Assembly (NCBI GenBank): GCA_963829565.1
Contig: CAWHJC010000003.1
Location: forward strand, 72,615 to 136,614
DNA from: an uncultured Actinomycetota bacterium
GTDB taxonomy: Bacteria; Actinomycetota; Actinomycetes; JACCUZ01
Direction of reading: 5' to 3'
Length of the DNA stretch: 64,000 bases
Below the pieces are notes generated by a model. The model was not told the DNA's origin, did no database searches, and saw only the letters and a list, made by a program, of their open reading frames with translations. The translations under genes were made by a program, and so were the position numbers. Below are positions 14,005 to 24,883 of this stretch, piece after piece; the stretch's first letter is position 1, and each line of letters opens with the position of its first letter.

Positions 14005-14161
14005 TGTGGAAACCCCTTGGGAGTGTCTGCGGATGTCGAGCGGTCACTCGATTCGAGGCGACGTTAGGCGTTCATCGGTTACTAGACAAACACCGGGAGG
14101 CTGAATTCCCGTTGTGTCGCAAAGGCGTCTCGCCTGACGAGCGGTCCGGCACCCGCTCTCG

Positions 14162-14749
14162 TCAAGCAGTCGTGGGCATCCACCGTGGCCGCCGTGACTC
14201 GAAGTCGGCCACCGCGTCGCCGTGCCGAAGGGTCAGGTCGACGTCGTCGAGACCCTCCATCAGCCGCCACCTCGTGTAGTCGTCGATGTCGAAGCCGGCG
14301 CTCTCGCCGGCCCAGGTCACGGTGCGCGACTCCAGGTCCACGGTCACCTCCGTGGCCGGATCGGCCTCGACGGCGTCCCAGATGCGCTCGACGTCGGACT
14401 GCTCGACGCAGGCCGTGACCAGCCCGCCCTTCCCGGCGTTGCCCCGGAAGATGTCGGCGAACCTGGAGGACAGGACGACCCGGAACCCGTGGTCGTGCAA
14501 CGCCCACACGGCGTGCTCGCGCGAGGACCCGGTCCCGAAGTCCGGCCCGGCGACGAGCACCGACGCACCGGCCGCCTCGGGGCGGTTCAGCACGAAGTCG
14601 GGGTCGTTGCGCCACGCGGCGAACAAGCCGTCCTCGAAACCCGTACGCGTCACCCGCTTGAGGTAGACCGCCGGGATGATCTGGTCGGTGTCGACGTTGG
14701 ACCGACGCAGCGCGACCGCACGTCCGGTGTGACTGGTGACCGGGTGCAT
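14162..14749 (-). CDS. leuD: 3-isopropylmalate dehydratase small subunit
   Basis: 195-aa ORF with full-length LeuD similarity. Its start lies 4 nt after the leuC stop. Confidence 0.9.
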   Translation of the reverse strand: MHPVTSHTGRAVALRRSNVDTDQIIPAVYLKRVTRTGFEDGLFAAWRNDPDFVLNRPEAAGASVLVAGPDFGTGSSREHAVWALHDHGFRVVLSSRFADIFRGNAGKGGLVTACVEQSDVERIWDAVEADPATEVTVDLESRTVTWAGESAGFDIDDYTRWRLMEGLDDVDLTLRHGDAVADFESRRPRWMPTTA

Positions 14750-14752
14750 GGC

Positions 14753-16180
<1,428 letters not shown>

Positions 16181-16233
16181 GAGTTTCTCTCCCTGGACTT
16201 GCGTCTCAGGCTATGAGACTAGAGTATCGGTAC

Positions 16234-17010
16234 ATGGACAACAGTAGCGGAGTCGGCGTCCTGGACAAGGCCGCCATCGTGCTGGGTGCGCTCGAGGCCG
16301 GCCCGGCCAGCCTGGCCGCCCTCGTGCAGGCGACCGGTCTGGCGCGCCCGACGGCGCACCGGCTGGCCACGGCGCTGGAGCACCACCGCCTCGTCGGCCG
16401 CGACCTGCAGGGTCGCTTCGTTCTCGGGCCGCGGCTGCGGGAGCTCGCGACCGCGGCAGGTGAGGACCGCCTGCTCGAGGCGGCCAACCCAGTGCTCGCC
16501 CGGCTCCGTGACATCACCGGCGAGAGCGCGCAGCTCTACCGCCGGCAGGGCGACAGCCGGGTGTGCGTGGCCGGGGCCGAGCGGCTGACCGGCCTGCGGG
16601 ACACGGTCCCGGTCGGCGCCACCCTGACGATGAAGGCGGGGTCCGCCGCCCAGATCCTGCTCGCCTGGGAGGAGCCCGACCGGCTGCACCGCGGGCTGCG
16701 CGAGGCCCGCTTCACCGCGACCGCGCTGTCCGCGGTCCGGCGCCGGGGCTGGGCGCAGAGCGTCGGGGAGCGAGAGCCGGGAGTGGCCTCGGTCTCCGCA
16801 CCCGTCCGGGGCCCGGCGGGCCGGGTGGTGGCCGCCGTGTCGGTGTCCGGCCCGATCGAGCGACTGACCCGCCAGCCCGGCCGGCTGCACGCCCAGATCG
16901 TCTGCGCGGCGGCGGCCAAGCTCAGCGAGGTCCTCCTGCAGGGCCAGCAGCAGGGGCAGCAGGGACAGCAGGCGCAGCCGACGGCCCAGGGACACATGCA
17001 GCCCGCCTGA
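16234..17010 (+). CDS. IclR-family transcriptional regulator (LtbR-like, divergent from leuCD)
   Basis: N-terminal wHTH (VLDKAAIVLGALEAG..SLAALVQATGLARPTAHRL) plus an IclR effector domain. The divergent arrangement with leuCD is conserved in Actinobacteria. Confidence 0.8.
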   Translation: MDNSSGVGVLDKAAIVLGALEAGPASLAALVQATGLARPTAHRLATALEHHRLVGRDLQGRFVLGPRLRELATAAGEDRLLEAANPVLARLRDITGESAQLYRRQGDSRVCVAGAERLTGLRDTVPVGATLTMKAGSAAQILLAWEEPDRLHRGLREARFTATALSAVRRRGWAQSVGEREPGVASVSAPVRGPAGRVVAAVSVSGPIERLTRQPGRLHAQIVCAAAAKLSEVLLQGQQQGQQGQQAQPTAQGHMQPA

Positions 17011-17027
17011 CAACGCCTAGGCCCCGG

Positions 17028-17981
17028 TCAGGCCGGCGAGAACCGGACCTGGCCCTTGCCGCCGCGCTTCGCGGCGTACATGGCGTCGTCGGCGCTGCGC
17101 AGCAGCGCGTCGTGGTCGTCTGCGTCAGTGGCGACATGGATGCCGATGCTGGCCGACACCGGGACGTCGCCGGCCGCTGTCTGCACCGGCGCGGTGAACG
17201 CTGCACGAACCCGCCTGCCGATCCGGGCCGCCTGGTCCGAGTCCGCGAGCTCCTCCAGGAGCACGACGTACTCGTCCCCGCCGTAGCGCGCCAACGTGTC
17301 GCACTCACGCACCCGCTCCTGCAGTCGGCGAGCGACCTCGACCAGCACTTCGTCCCCGACCTCGTGGCCGAACTCGTCGTTGATCCCCTTGAACCCGTCG
17401 AGGTCGACGAACACCGCCGCCACGCCGGGGCTCCGTCGGGCGCGCATCGACAGCGCGTGCTCGACACGGTCGCGAAGCAGACGCCGGTTCGGTAGCCCGG
17501 TGAGCGGGTCGAACAACGCGGCCTGGCGGAGGTCTTCCTCGAGCCGCCGCTGCGCGGTGATGTCCTGGACGCAGAGGACGCGACCGATCAGCTCGCCGTG
17601 CTCGTCGCGCAAGAGAGACAGTGTGATGCGCGCCGGGAACTCGGTGCCGTCCCGGCGGAGCCGGGTCACCTCCCCGCGACCGATACCGTGCTCGAGCGCT
17701 GCGGCGATGATCGGCTGGACGTCGGCCGCAAGGTCCTGGGTCCGGTAGAACCCGCTCATGTGCGCCCCGGTCAGCTCCTCGACCGTGCTCGCGTGCTGTT
17801 CGGCGAAGGTCGGGTTGACGTACTGGAACCAGCCGTCGTTGTCGGACACCACGACGCCCTCACCGACCTGCTCGGCGACCCGGGACAGCATCCGCAGCCG
17901 GGCCAGGTCGCTCACCGGCTCGCGCGGACCGGGACGTCGGTCAGGCGGGCGCGGCACTGGTGTGGGGACGGCCATGCTCAC
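17028..17981 (-). CDS. PAS-domain diguanylate cyclase (GGDEF)
   Basis: PAS region, then LTGLPNRRLL...FVDLDGFKGINDEFGH...RYGGDEYVVLL, a GGDEF-type active site. Confidence 0.8.
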   Translation of the reverse strand: MSMAVPTPVPRPPDRRPGPREPVSDLARLRMLSRVAEQVGEGVVVSDNDGWFQYVNPTFAEQHASTVEELTGAHMSGFYRTQDLAADVQPIIAAALEHGIGRGEVTRLRRDGTEFPARITLSLLRDEHGELIGRVLCVQDITAQRRLEEDLRQAALFDPLTGLPNRRLLRDRVEHALSMRARRSPGVAAVFVDLDGFKGINDEFGHEVGDEVLVEVARRLQERVRECDTLARYGGDEYVVLLEELADSDQAARIGRRVRAAFTAPVQTAAGDVPVSASIGIHVATDADDHDALLRSADDAMYAAKRGGKGQVRFSPA

Positions 17982-18067
17982 CTCTCACGGCCATCGGCGT
18001 TGCCGCGTCGAGACGTGCGGCCGAGGCTAGCGCAGAGGCCCAGATCGCGGCGATCTGGGCCTTTGCG

Positions 18068-18143
18068 TGGTAGCCCCGACGGGATTCGAACCCGCGCTAC
18101 CGCCTTGAGAGGGCGGCGTGCTAGGCCGCTACACAACGGGGCC
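18068..18143 (-). tRNA. tRNA-Glu (anticodon CTC)
   Basis: Manual fold of GGCCCCGTTGTGTAGCGG...CCGCC CTCTCAA GGCGG...GGTTCGAATCCCGTCGGGGCTACCA. CCA is encoded. Confidence 0.85.
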
Positions 18144-18178
18144 ACGATGCTGCGACGCGCTGCGTCGCCGGTGAAGCG

Positions 18179-18250
18179 CTGGGGTACCAGGACTCGAACC
18201 TAGACTAGCTGAACCAGAATCAGCCGGGCTGCCAATTACCCCATACCCCA
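18179..18250 (-). tRNA. tRNA-Gln (anticodon CTG)
   Basis: TGGGGTA...GCTGA TTCTGGT TCAGC...GGTTCGAGTCCTGGTACCCCA with discriminator G. It has the U1-A72 acceptor typical of tRNA-Gln. CCA is not encoded. Confidence 0.85.
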
Positions 18251-19255
18251 AGGGTTCTCGCCTCCCGCTGGCGGCGGGGTGGGCGGGCGCGCACCAGGAT
18301 AGCCGACCTCGCGCGGGCCGGACAAAGCGCCGTACGCGGGGGCGCGGCGCACCTCGACGCGCCACCGCGCGGCCAGTCGGTCCACGACGACCGCGAACGC
18401 GATCATCATCGCGACGTCGAGCGCCGCGAACTGCCATTCGAGCGTCGAGGCCGTCAGCGAGTCCTCGAGCGACCCGGTGGCGGCGGTGAAGGCAAGGCTC
18501 ACCAGGTTGTTGACGATGTGCAGAGCCACCGGGGCCTCGAGGCCACCCGTGCGCCAAGCGAGCCACGAGGCGACGACCCCGAACGCCAGGCGGTCCCCGA
18601 AGAGCCACGTGTCCTGGGTGCCGTGGGCCAAGGCGAACAGCAGTGCGCTCACGGCGCCGGCGACGACCGTCCCGACCTCAGGCCGGGAGAACAAGGAGGC
18701 CACACCCTGGCTCAGGTACCCACGGAAGCCCACCTCCTCCGCCGCCGCCTGCAGCGGCGTGGTGAGCAGGATCACGGCGAGCAGCGCGACCAGCGTCGGG
18801 GCGCTGGGGGTCTCGATCTCCTGTGCGGCGTCCCCCGGCAGCAGGAAGCTCGCGCCGAAGAACACGACAACGACGAGGGTGGCGACACCAAGAAAGCGAG
18901 CGAGGAGGCCCCACCGCGGCCGCCCCACCACCGACGCGAGCCAGCCGACCCGCTCACGGTGCACGACCATCACCGACAGCGCGGCGGCCGGCACCATCAT
19001 GGTGATGACGAGGTTGTTGGCCAGCAGGCCGATCGGCGAGTCAGGGCTCAGGGACTCGTCGGAGAACGGGTCGGCCGACCCACCTGTCAGCCAGTCGAGG
19101 ACCAGTGCGCCAAGGATGACCACGACCGCGCCGGACACCAGCGTCACCGCCGCCAGCAGGAGTCCCAGCACTGGCTTCCACCAGCGGTGGCGCGGCCCGC
19201 GCAGCAGCTGTGGGTAGCGCTCACTCCCGACCGTGGCGACGTCCGTGGGCGCCAC
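18236..19255 (-). CDS. CPBP-family intramembrane metalloprotease (CAAX protease-like)
   Basis: Multi-pass membrane protein with EEVGFRG, FALAHG and HIVNN motifs. The annotated 3' end overlaps tRNA-Gln by about 15 nt, so the true stop may be earlier. Confidence 0.8.
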   Translation of the reverse strand: MAPTDVATVGSERYPQLLRGPRHRWWKPVLGLLLAAVTLVSGAVVVILGALVLDWLTGGSADPFSDESLSPDSPIGLLANNLVITMMVPAAALSVMVVHRERVGWLASVVGRPRWGLLARFLGVATLVVVVFFGASFLLPGDAAQEIETPSAPTLVALLAVILLTTPLQAAAEEVGFRGYLSQGVASLFSRPEVGTVVAGAVSALLFALAHGTQDTWLFGDRLAFGVVASWLAWRTGGLEAPVALHIVNNLVSLAFTAATGSLEDSLTASTLEWQFAALDVAMMIAFAVVVDRLAARWRVEVRRAPAYGALSGPREVGYPGARPPTPPPAGGENPWGMG

Positions 19256-19260
19256 CCGAC

Positions 19261-20755
19261 TACGCCCCGGCGGAGCGCGAGGGCAGCGCGCAGCCGGCCG
19301 AGGGAGCGCTCGGGACCCAGCAGCTCGAGCGACTCGAAGAGCGGCGGTGACACCCGCCGTCCGGTCACCGCGACGCGCACCGGTCCGAAGGCGAGCTTGG
19401 GCTTCAGTCCCAGCCCGTCGACGAGCGATGCCCGCAGCGTCGCCTCGATCGCCGCGGTCTCCCAGGTGCCGAGCGCCTCCAGCGCCGCGATGCTCGCGGT
19501 CAGGACGGGCACGGCGTCGGCGGTGAGCACCTTCTGGGCGTCCTCGGGATCGACCGCGAAGGCGGCTTCGTCGACCAGCAGGAACGCCAGCATCCCCTCC
19601 GCCTCGGAGAGGACCTGCATCCGCTCGTTGACCAGCGGGGTAGCCGCAAGCACCGTGGACCGCTGATCGGCGGTGGGCTCGGCGGGCAGCACGCCGGACC
19701 GAGACAGGTGCTCGACGATGCGACCCGCGAGGTCGACGACCGACAGCTCGCGCACGTAGTGGCCGTTGAGCCAGGCCAGCTTGTCCAGGTCGAAGACCGG
19801 GCCCACCGTGTTGACCCGGGCCCAGTCGAACGACGCGACCATGTCGTCGAACGAGAAGACCTCCTCCCCGTCAGGCTGCGAGTAGCCCATCAGCGCGAGG
19901 AAGTTGACCAGTGCCTCGGGCAGGTAGCCCTGCTCCCGGAACCAGGTGAGCCGCGCGGCCGGGTTCTTGCGCTTGGAGATCTTCGACTTGTCGGCGTTGC
20001 GCAGCAGCGGCATGTGCGCGAAGGCGGGTCGCTCCCAGCCGAGCCAGTCGTAGAGCAGCACGTGCTTGGGCGTCGAGGAGATCCACTCCTCGCCGCGCAC
20101 GACATGGGTGATGGCCATCTCGTGGTCGTCGACGACGTTGGCGAGGTGGTACGTCGGGAAGCCGTCCGCCTTCACGATCACCTGGTCGTCGGGACGCGGT
20201 GCCTTGACCTCGCCGCGGATCACGTCGTCGAACACCAGCGGGACGTCGTCCGGGATGAGCATCCGCACGACGGGCTGCTCGCTGAACCCGGGCAAGGACG
20301 CACGCTCCTCGCGGCTCATGCCCATGGCAGAGCCGGTCGTAGCCGGTCGGCAGCTTGGCCTTCTGCTGCTCCTCGCGCATCTGCGCCAGCCGCTCGGTCG
20401 AGCACCAGCAGTAGTAGGCGTGACCGTCGGCGAGCAGCCGGTCGACGTGCACCTGGTAGGTGGCCGACCGCTCGGACTGGCGGTAGGGCGCGTACGGCCC
20501 ACCCACGTCGGGACCCTCGTCCCAGTCCAGTCCCAGCCAGTGCAACATGTCGAAGACCTGCTGCTCGCTGTCGGCGACGTACCGCGCGCGGTCGGTGTCC
20601 TCGACCCGCAGGACGAACTCGCCGCCGCGCGACCGGGCGAAGGCGAGGTTGAACAACGACATGTAGGCGGTTCCGACGTGCGGGTCCCCGGTCGGGGACG
20701 GTGCCACCCGAACCCGCACCGGGCCGGTCGTGGCATCCGTCGGGATCTCAGCCAC
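19261..20755 (-). CDS. gltX: glutamate--tRNA ligase, with an apparent frameshift near 20310
   Basis: N-terminal frame carries HIGH ([12 protein letters not shown]). A second frame carries the KMSKS-like KISKRKN motif and the anticodon-binding domain. One extra G in CATGGGC rejoins the frames. The 3' end is uncertain; another late frameshift is likely. Confidence 0.85.
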
Positions 20756-21533
20756 GGGCCACCACCGAGTTCGTCAGGGTGCCGATCTCCTCGATGGTCA
20801 CGCTGACCTGGTCGCCGACGGCCAGCGGTCCGACGCCCGCCGGGGTACCGGTGAGGATCACGTCGCCGGGCAGCAGCGTCATGGCCTGGCTGACGTGCGC
20901 GACCAGGGCATCGACGCCACGCAGCATCTGCGACGTGCGGCCGGCCTGGCGCAGCTCACCGTTGACGGTGGTCGTCACGGCCAGGTCGGAGGGGTCGATG
21001 CCGGTCGTGACCCACGGCCCGAGCGGGCAGAAGGTGTCGAACCCCTTGGCCCGCCCCCACTGCTTCTCGGTCTTCTGCAGGTCTCTCGCCGTGACGTCGT
21101 TGGCGCAGGTGAAACCCAGCACGACGTCGGCGACCCGCTCCGGCGGCACCTCGCGGCACAGCCGGGAGATCACGACCGCCAGCTCACCCTCGAAGTGCAC
21201 GTCCTCGGAGACACCGACGGGGTACTGCACCTGGTCGCCGGGGCCGACGACGGATGTCGAGGGCTTGAGGAACACGACCGGCGGGTCGGCGAGGGAGACC
21301 TCGGCGCCCATCTCGGCCGCGTGCTCGGCGTAGTTGCGACCGAACGCCACGACCTTGCTGGGGAGCACCGGGGCGAGGAGCCGGACATCGGCGAGCGGCG
21401 TCGGCTCACCCACCACCTGGAAGGGGGCGAAGGGGTGTCCCTCGACCCGCCGGACCACGAGCTCGTCCTGGTTCTCGCCCTCCACTACTCCGAAAGATGC
21501 GCCGTCTCCTGTGGTGTACCTCGCGATCCGCAC
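20748..21533 (-). CDS. fumarylacetoacetate hydrolase (FAH) family protein
   Basis: 261-aa ORF with the FAH-fold metal-binding region ([10 protein letters not shown]...GTPAGVG). Overlaps the gltX start as in M. tuberculosis Rv2993c-gltS. Confidence 0.85.
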   Translation of the reverse strand: MRIARYTTGDGASFGVVEGENQDELVVRRVEGHPFAPFQVVGEPTPLADVRLLAPVLPSKVVAFGRNYAEHAAEMGAEVSLADPPVVFLKPSTSVVGPGDQVQYPVGVSEDVHFEGELAVVISRLCREVPPERVADVVLGFTCANDVTARDLQKTEKQWGRAKGFDTFCPLGPWVTTGIDPSDLAVTTTVNGELRQAGRTSQMLRGVDALVAHVSQAMTLLPGDVILTGTPAGVGPLAVGDQVSVTIEEIGTLTNSVVARG

Positions 21534-21654
21534 CCCAGGAGGTTACTTGCGGCGCAGGTGCGGGTACCCACGCGGTCGCGGGGCGGACTCGGTCGTCGGC
21601 TGCGCGCCGCGGCTGAGAGGCGTACCGGGCTGGACCCGCCGACCAGCCGGGCCG

Positions 21655-24600
21655 TCACAGCAGCCCCAGCTGGCGAGCGGCGCCCACGACGTTGCCCTTG
21701 GTCCTGTACAGGTCGATCGCCGTCAGCCGGTGCTGCCGCGCATGGGACCTGTCGCCGAGCACGGTGGCGGCCTCGGCGCAGGCGACGTGGATCGTCGCAC
21801 GGTTCGACAGAACTTCCCGGGGCAGCAGCGTCGTCCCTCTGTCCGTATGGAGCTCCGCCGCGGCCCGGTCCCCGTCGAGCGCGGCCAGCCACGCCGAGGC
21901 TGCGTTCGCCAGCGCATGGGTCATCACGTCCTCGGCGGACCCTGACCGCAGGGCCAGTCCCACCTGTGCACGGGCAGCGTCGACCCGGCCCAGGTGCAGC
22001 AAGGCGAGGGCATGCATGGCAGCGTCCGTCGAGAGCCTCCCCTGGTCGCCGCTGGCTTCGGTTTCGCGGCAGACCTGGTCGAGGAGCCGGGCCGCCTCCG
22101 GCCAGTTCTCGACATCGACCTCCGCGCAGGCGCGCACGTAGGTCACGAGCTGGTGCAGAGTTCCTCCGACCTCGCCCGCAACCCGCTCCGCGAGCTCGCG
22201 AGCATCTCTCGCCTCCCCCTCACGCCCCAGCAGGGCAGCGAACCATCCGAGGTAGGAGGCAGGGATCACCCGAGCGGTGCGGTGATCGGCCGCTTCGAGA
22301 GCTCGGCGGCACGCGACCAGACCGTCGGCTGCTGGGCAGTCCCCGAACATCAACGCCGACAGAACCTCCTGCTGATGGAACCGCGCCGCCCGGTATCGTC
22401 CGGCGAGCTCCGCGTGGGCCCCTGCAAGCTCGAACTCTCGGGCACTGTCCGCGTGGCGGGCTCCTACGTTGGCAACGTCCGCGAGTGCCTCGTGCGCGAC
22501 CGAGAGGCCGATGTGGTGGTCAGCTGCCGAGAACACCCGCAGCCCTTCGTGAGCCGCTTGACGCAAGGCCGCCAGGGATCCCGCGGGGTGGGTCAGCAGG
22601 CGGACCTGCCCCTCGAGGATGCCTGCCAGGGCGGACCAGATCGGGTCTCCCGCCTCCTCCGCGGCGGATCTCACGCTGCGGGCAAGGTCAACGGCTCCGC
22701 TGAGGTTCGACCCGGTGCGCGACCACGCGCTTGCCAGGTCAATCTGGCGCGTCCAGCGTTGCGGTCCGTCGTCGGTCCGGAGGCGCTCGGCGCGCTCGAA
22801 CAGCCCAATGGCCGCCCGGTCGTCCACGAACACCAGGCTGTCGGCGGCCGCCGCGAGGCGGTCGGCGGCCGCGCGACCCACCCTGCAGGCGGCGTCGTCG
22901 ATGGCACCGAGCTCTGCGCGCAGGAGGTAGGCGGCCTCCAGGTGACTCCCGACGAAGTCGTCGACTGGCTGGCCGTAGTTTTTCGTGTCCAGCCATCGCG
23001 CGAACTTCTCGTGCAGGTCGGCTCGCACTGCCTTGCGCAAGCGTCCGTACGAGGCGTCGTGGATCAGGACGTGCCCGAACTGCAGCGCGTCCTGCCCCGG
23101 CAGGTCCGACCTGACGGGACATACGAGCCCCGTGCGGACCAACGACGTGAGCTGGGCCGACACCATGTCCATGGGCACCGTTGAGAGCGCTGCGACCGCA
23201 GCGGGGTAAAAGACCTGACCCATGACCGACGCCGCACCCAGGAGAGCCCGCTCCTGTGCGCTGAGCCTGTCGAGACGGGCTGCCAGGACGGCGCTGATGG
23301 TGGGCGGAACGCTCAGGGAGGTCAGGTCACCGGCGAGCACCCACCCATCGCCGTCAGTGAGCAGCACGCCGTCCTCGACCAACATCATCACTAGCTGCTC
23401 GACGAACAACGGGTTACCGCCGGCTGCCTCCAGCAGCTGGGCGACGGCTCCGTCAGGGATCGCTCCGCCGAGAAGCGCCGCGGCAAGGCCGGCCACCTCG
23501 GCGTCGACCAGCGGCTCGAGCGCAGCGGTGATGGCCGCGTCGACCCCAGCACCCCAGTCGGGATGATCGTCCAGCAGCTCGGGCCGGGCGAAGACCGCGA
23601 CCAGAACCGGGCCTGCCCGGCGGCGCGCGCACACGGCCTCCAGCAGAGCCACGAACCCCGGCTCGGCCCAGTGCAAGTCGTCGATGACGAAGACCACCGG
23701 CCGGTCGCTCGACATCGCGGACAACAGCGTGGAGACGGCCCATGCGGTGTCCTCGGGAGGCCCCGGGGCGCCGCCCAGCCCGGCGAGCGGCGCGATCCGC
23801 TCCACCACGTCTGATGCGTCAGGGAGGTCGCCGAGCAACTTGGCCAAGGCGTCATGGGCCGACGGCACGGTTTCGGACCCCGACAGGCCCGCCGCCTGCC
23901 GGACAGCCTCGACGAGCGGCCAGTAGGTTACGCCCTCCCCGTAGGAGAGGCACCGCCCACGCAGCACGGTGGACTCGTGCTCCACGTTCGACACGAGCTC
24001 TGCGGCCAGCCGGGACTTTCCCATGCCGGCCGGCCCGAGCACGGTCACCAAAGCGAGCGTCCCGTGAGCCACGGCACGGTCGAACGCCAGCCGGAGAAGT
24101 GCGAGCTCCCGGGACCGCCCGATCATCGGCGCGCTCGCCGGGCGGTCACCGACCAGGTCTCGGACGCCGAGCAGCCGGTATGCGTGGACCGGCTCGTCGA
24201 TGCCCTTCAGCAGCAGGCCAGGGCGGCTCTCGACGTCGACCCGCGCGCGCACGAGCCGATGGCAGCCTGGTCCGATCAGGCACTCGCCAGGTCCGGCGAT
24301 CTGCTCCAGGCGAGCGGCGGTGTTGACACCCAGCCCCGTCGTGAACGTGCTGCCCCGGGCCGGGTCGCCGACCACTGCCTCACCGGTCTCGATGCCGAGC
24401 CGGACCAAGAGGCGCTCGCCGTGGGTCGCCTGCACCTCCCGGTCGACCGCCTCGACTGCGGCGAGGATGTCCACTGCGGCGCGGCAGGCGCGCAGCGCGT
24501 CGTCCTCGTGCGCCGCGGGCACGCCGAAGACCGCCATCACGGCGTCACCGACGAACTTGTCCACGGTCCCGCCATGCCGGGACACGACCGCACTGACTGC

Positions 24601-24819
24601 GGAGAAGTACCTCTCGATCACGCCGCGCATGGCCTCAGCGTCGAGTCGACGGCCGAGACGGGTCGACCCCGTCAGGTCGCAGAACAGGGCCGTGACCGTC
24701 TTGCGCACCTCGCCGGCGGGCTCCGACGAGGCCGTGGGCGCCCCGCACGAGGGACAGAACCGGGCGCCCCGCGGAAGCCCGCCCCCGCACTGTCGACACG
24801 TCACCACATCGGTGGTCAC
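21655..24819 (-). CDS. multidomain signalling protein: N-terminal zinc ribbon, class III adenylate/guanylate cyclase domain, AAA/STAND-like ATPase and TPR repeats
   Basis: 1054 aa. N-terminus has CRQCGG..CPSCG. The cyclase signature is ALFCDLTGST..GDAVMAVFG. The P-loop is GPAGMGKSRLAAEL. The C-terminal half is repetitive and helical (TPR-like), with no LuxR HTH. Confidence 0.7.
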   Translation of the reverse strand: MTTDVVTCRQCGGGLPRGARFCPSCGAPTASSEPAGEVRKTVTALFCDLTGSTRLGRRLDAEAMRGVIERYFSAVSAVVSRHGGTVDKFVGDAVMAVFGVPAAHEDDALRACRAAVDILAAVEAVDREVQATHGERLLVRLGIETGEAVVGDPARGSTFTTGLGVNTAARLEQIAGPGECLIGPGCHRLVRARVDVESRPGLLLKGIDEPVHAYRLLGVRDLVGDRPASAPMIGRSRELALLRLAFDRAVAHGTLALVTVLGPAGMGKSRLAAELVSNVEHESTVLRGRCLSYGEGVTYWPLVEAVRQAAGLSGSETVPSAHDALAKLLGDLPDASDVVERIAPLAGLGGAPGPPEDTAWAVSTLLSAMSSDRPVVFVIDDLHWAEPGFVALLEAVCARRRAGPVLVAVFARPELLDDHPDWGAGVDAAITAALEPLVDAEVAGLAAALLGGAIPDGAVAQLLEAAGGNPLFVEQLVMMLVEDGVLLTDGDGWVLAGDLTSLSVPPTISAVLAARLDRLSAQERALLGAASVMGQVFYPAAVAALSTVPMDMVSAQLTSLVRTGLVCPVRSDLPGQDALQFGHVLIHDASYGRLRKAVRADLHEKFARWLDTKNYGQPVDDFVGSHLEAAYLLRAELGAIDDAACRVGRAAADRLAAAADSLVFVDDRAAIGLFERAERLRTDDGPQRWTRQIDLASAWSRTGSNLSGAVDLARSVRSAAEEAGDPIWSALAGILEGQVRLLTHPAGSLAALRQAAHEGLRVFSAADHHIGLSVAHEALADVANVGARHADSAREFELAGAHAELAGRYRAARFHQQEVLSALMFGDCPAADGLVACRRALEAADHRTARVIPASYLGWFAALLGREGEARDARELAERVAGEVGGTLHQLVTYVRACAEVDVENWPEAARLLDQVCRETEASGDQGRLSTDAAMHALALLHLGRVDAARAQVGLALRSGSAEDVMTHALANAASAWLAALDGDRAAAELHTDRGTTLLPREVLSNRATIHVACAEAATVLGDRSHARQHRLTAIDLYRTKGNVVGAARQLGLL

Positions 24820-24883
24820 GCCGCCGACAGTAGACGCGCGCGGAGGACCGGGCGCCTCGGCTTTGCCGACCGCACTCCGCCGC

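Noticed and set aside
14100-14160. Imperfect palindrome GACGAGCGG..CCGCTCTCGTC between leuD and hup
   Set aside because: The stem is interrupted and there is no U-tract, so it is not convincing as an intrinsic terminator.
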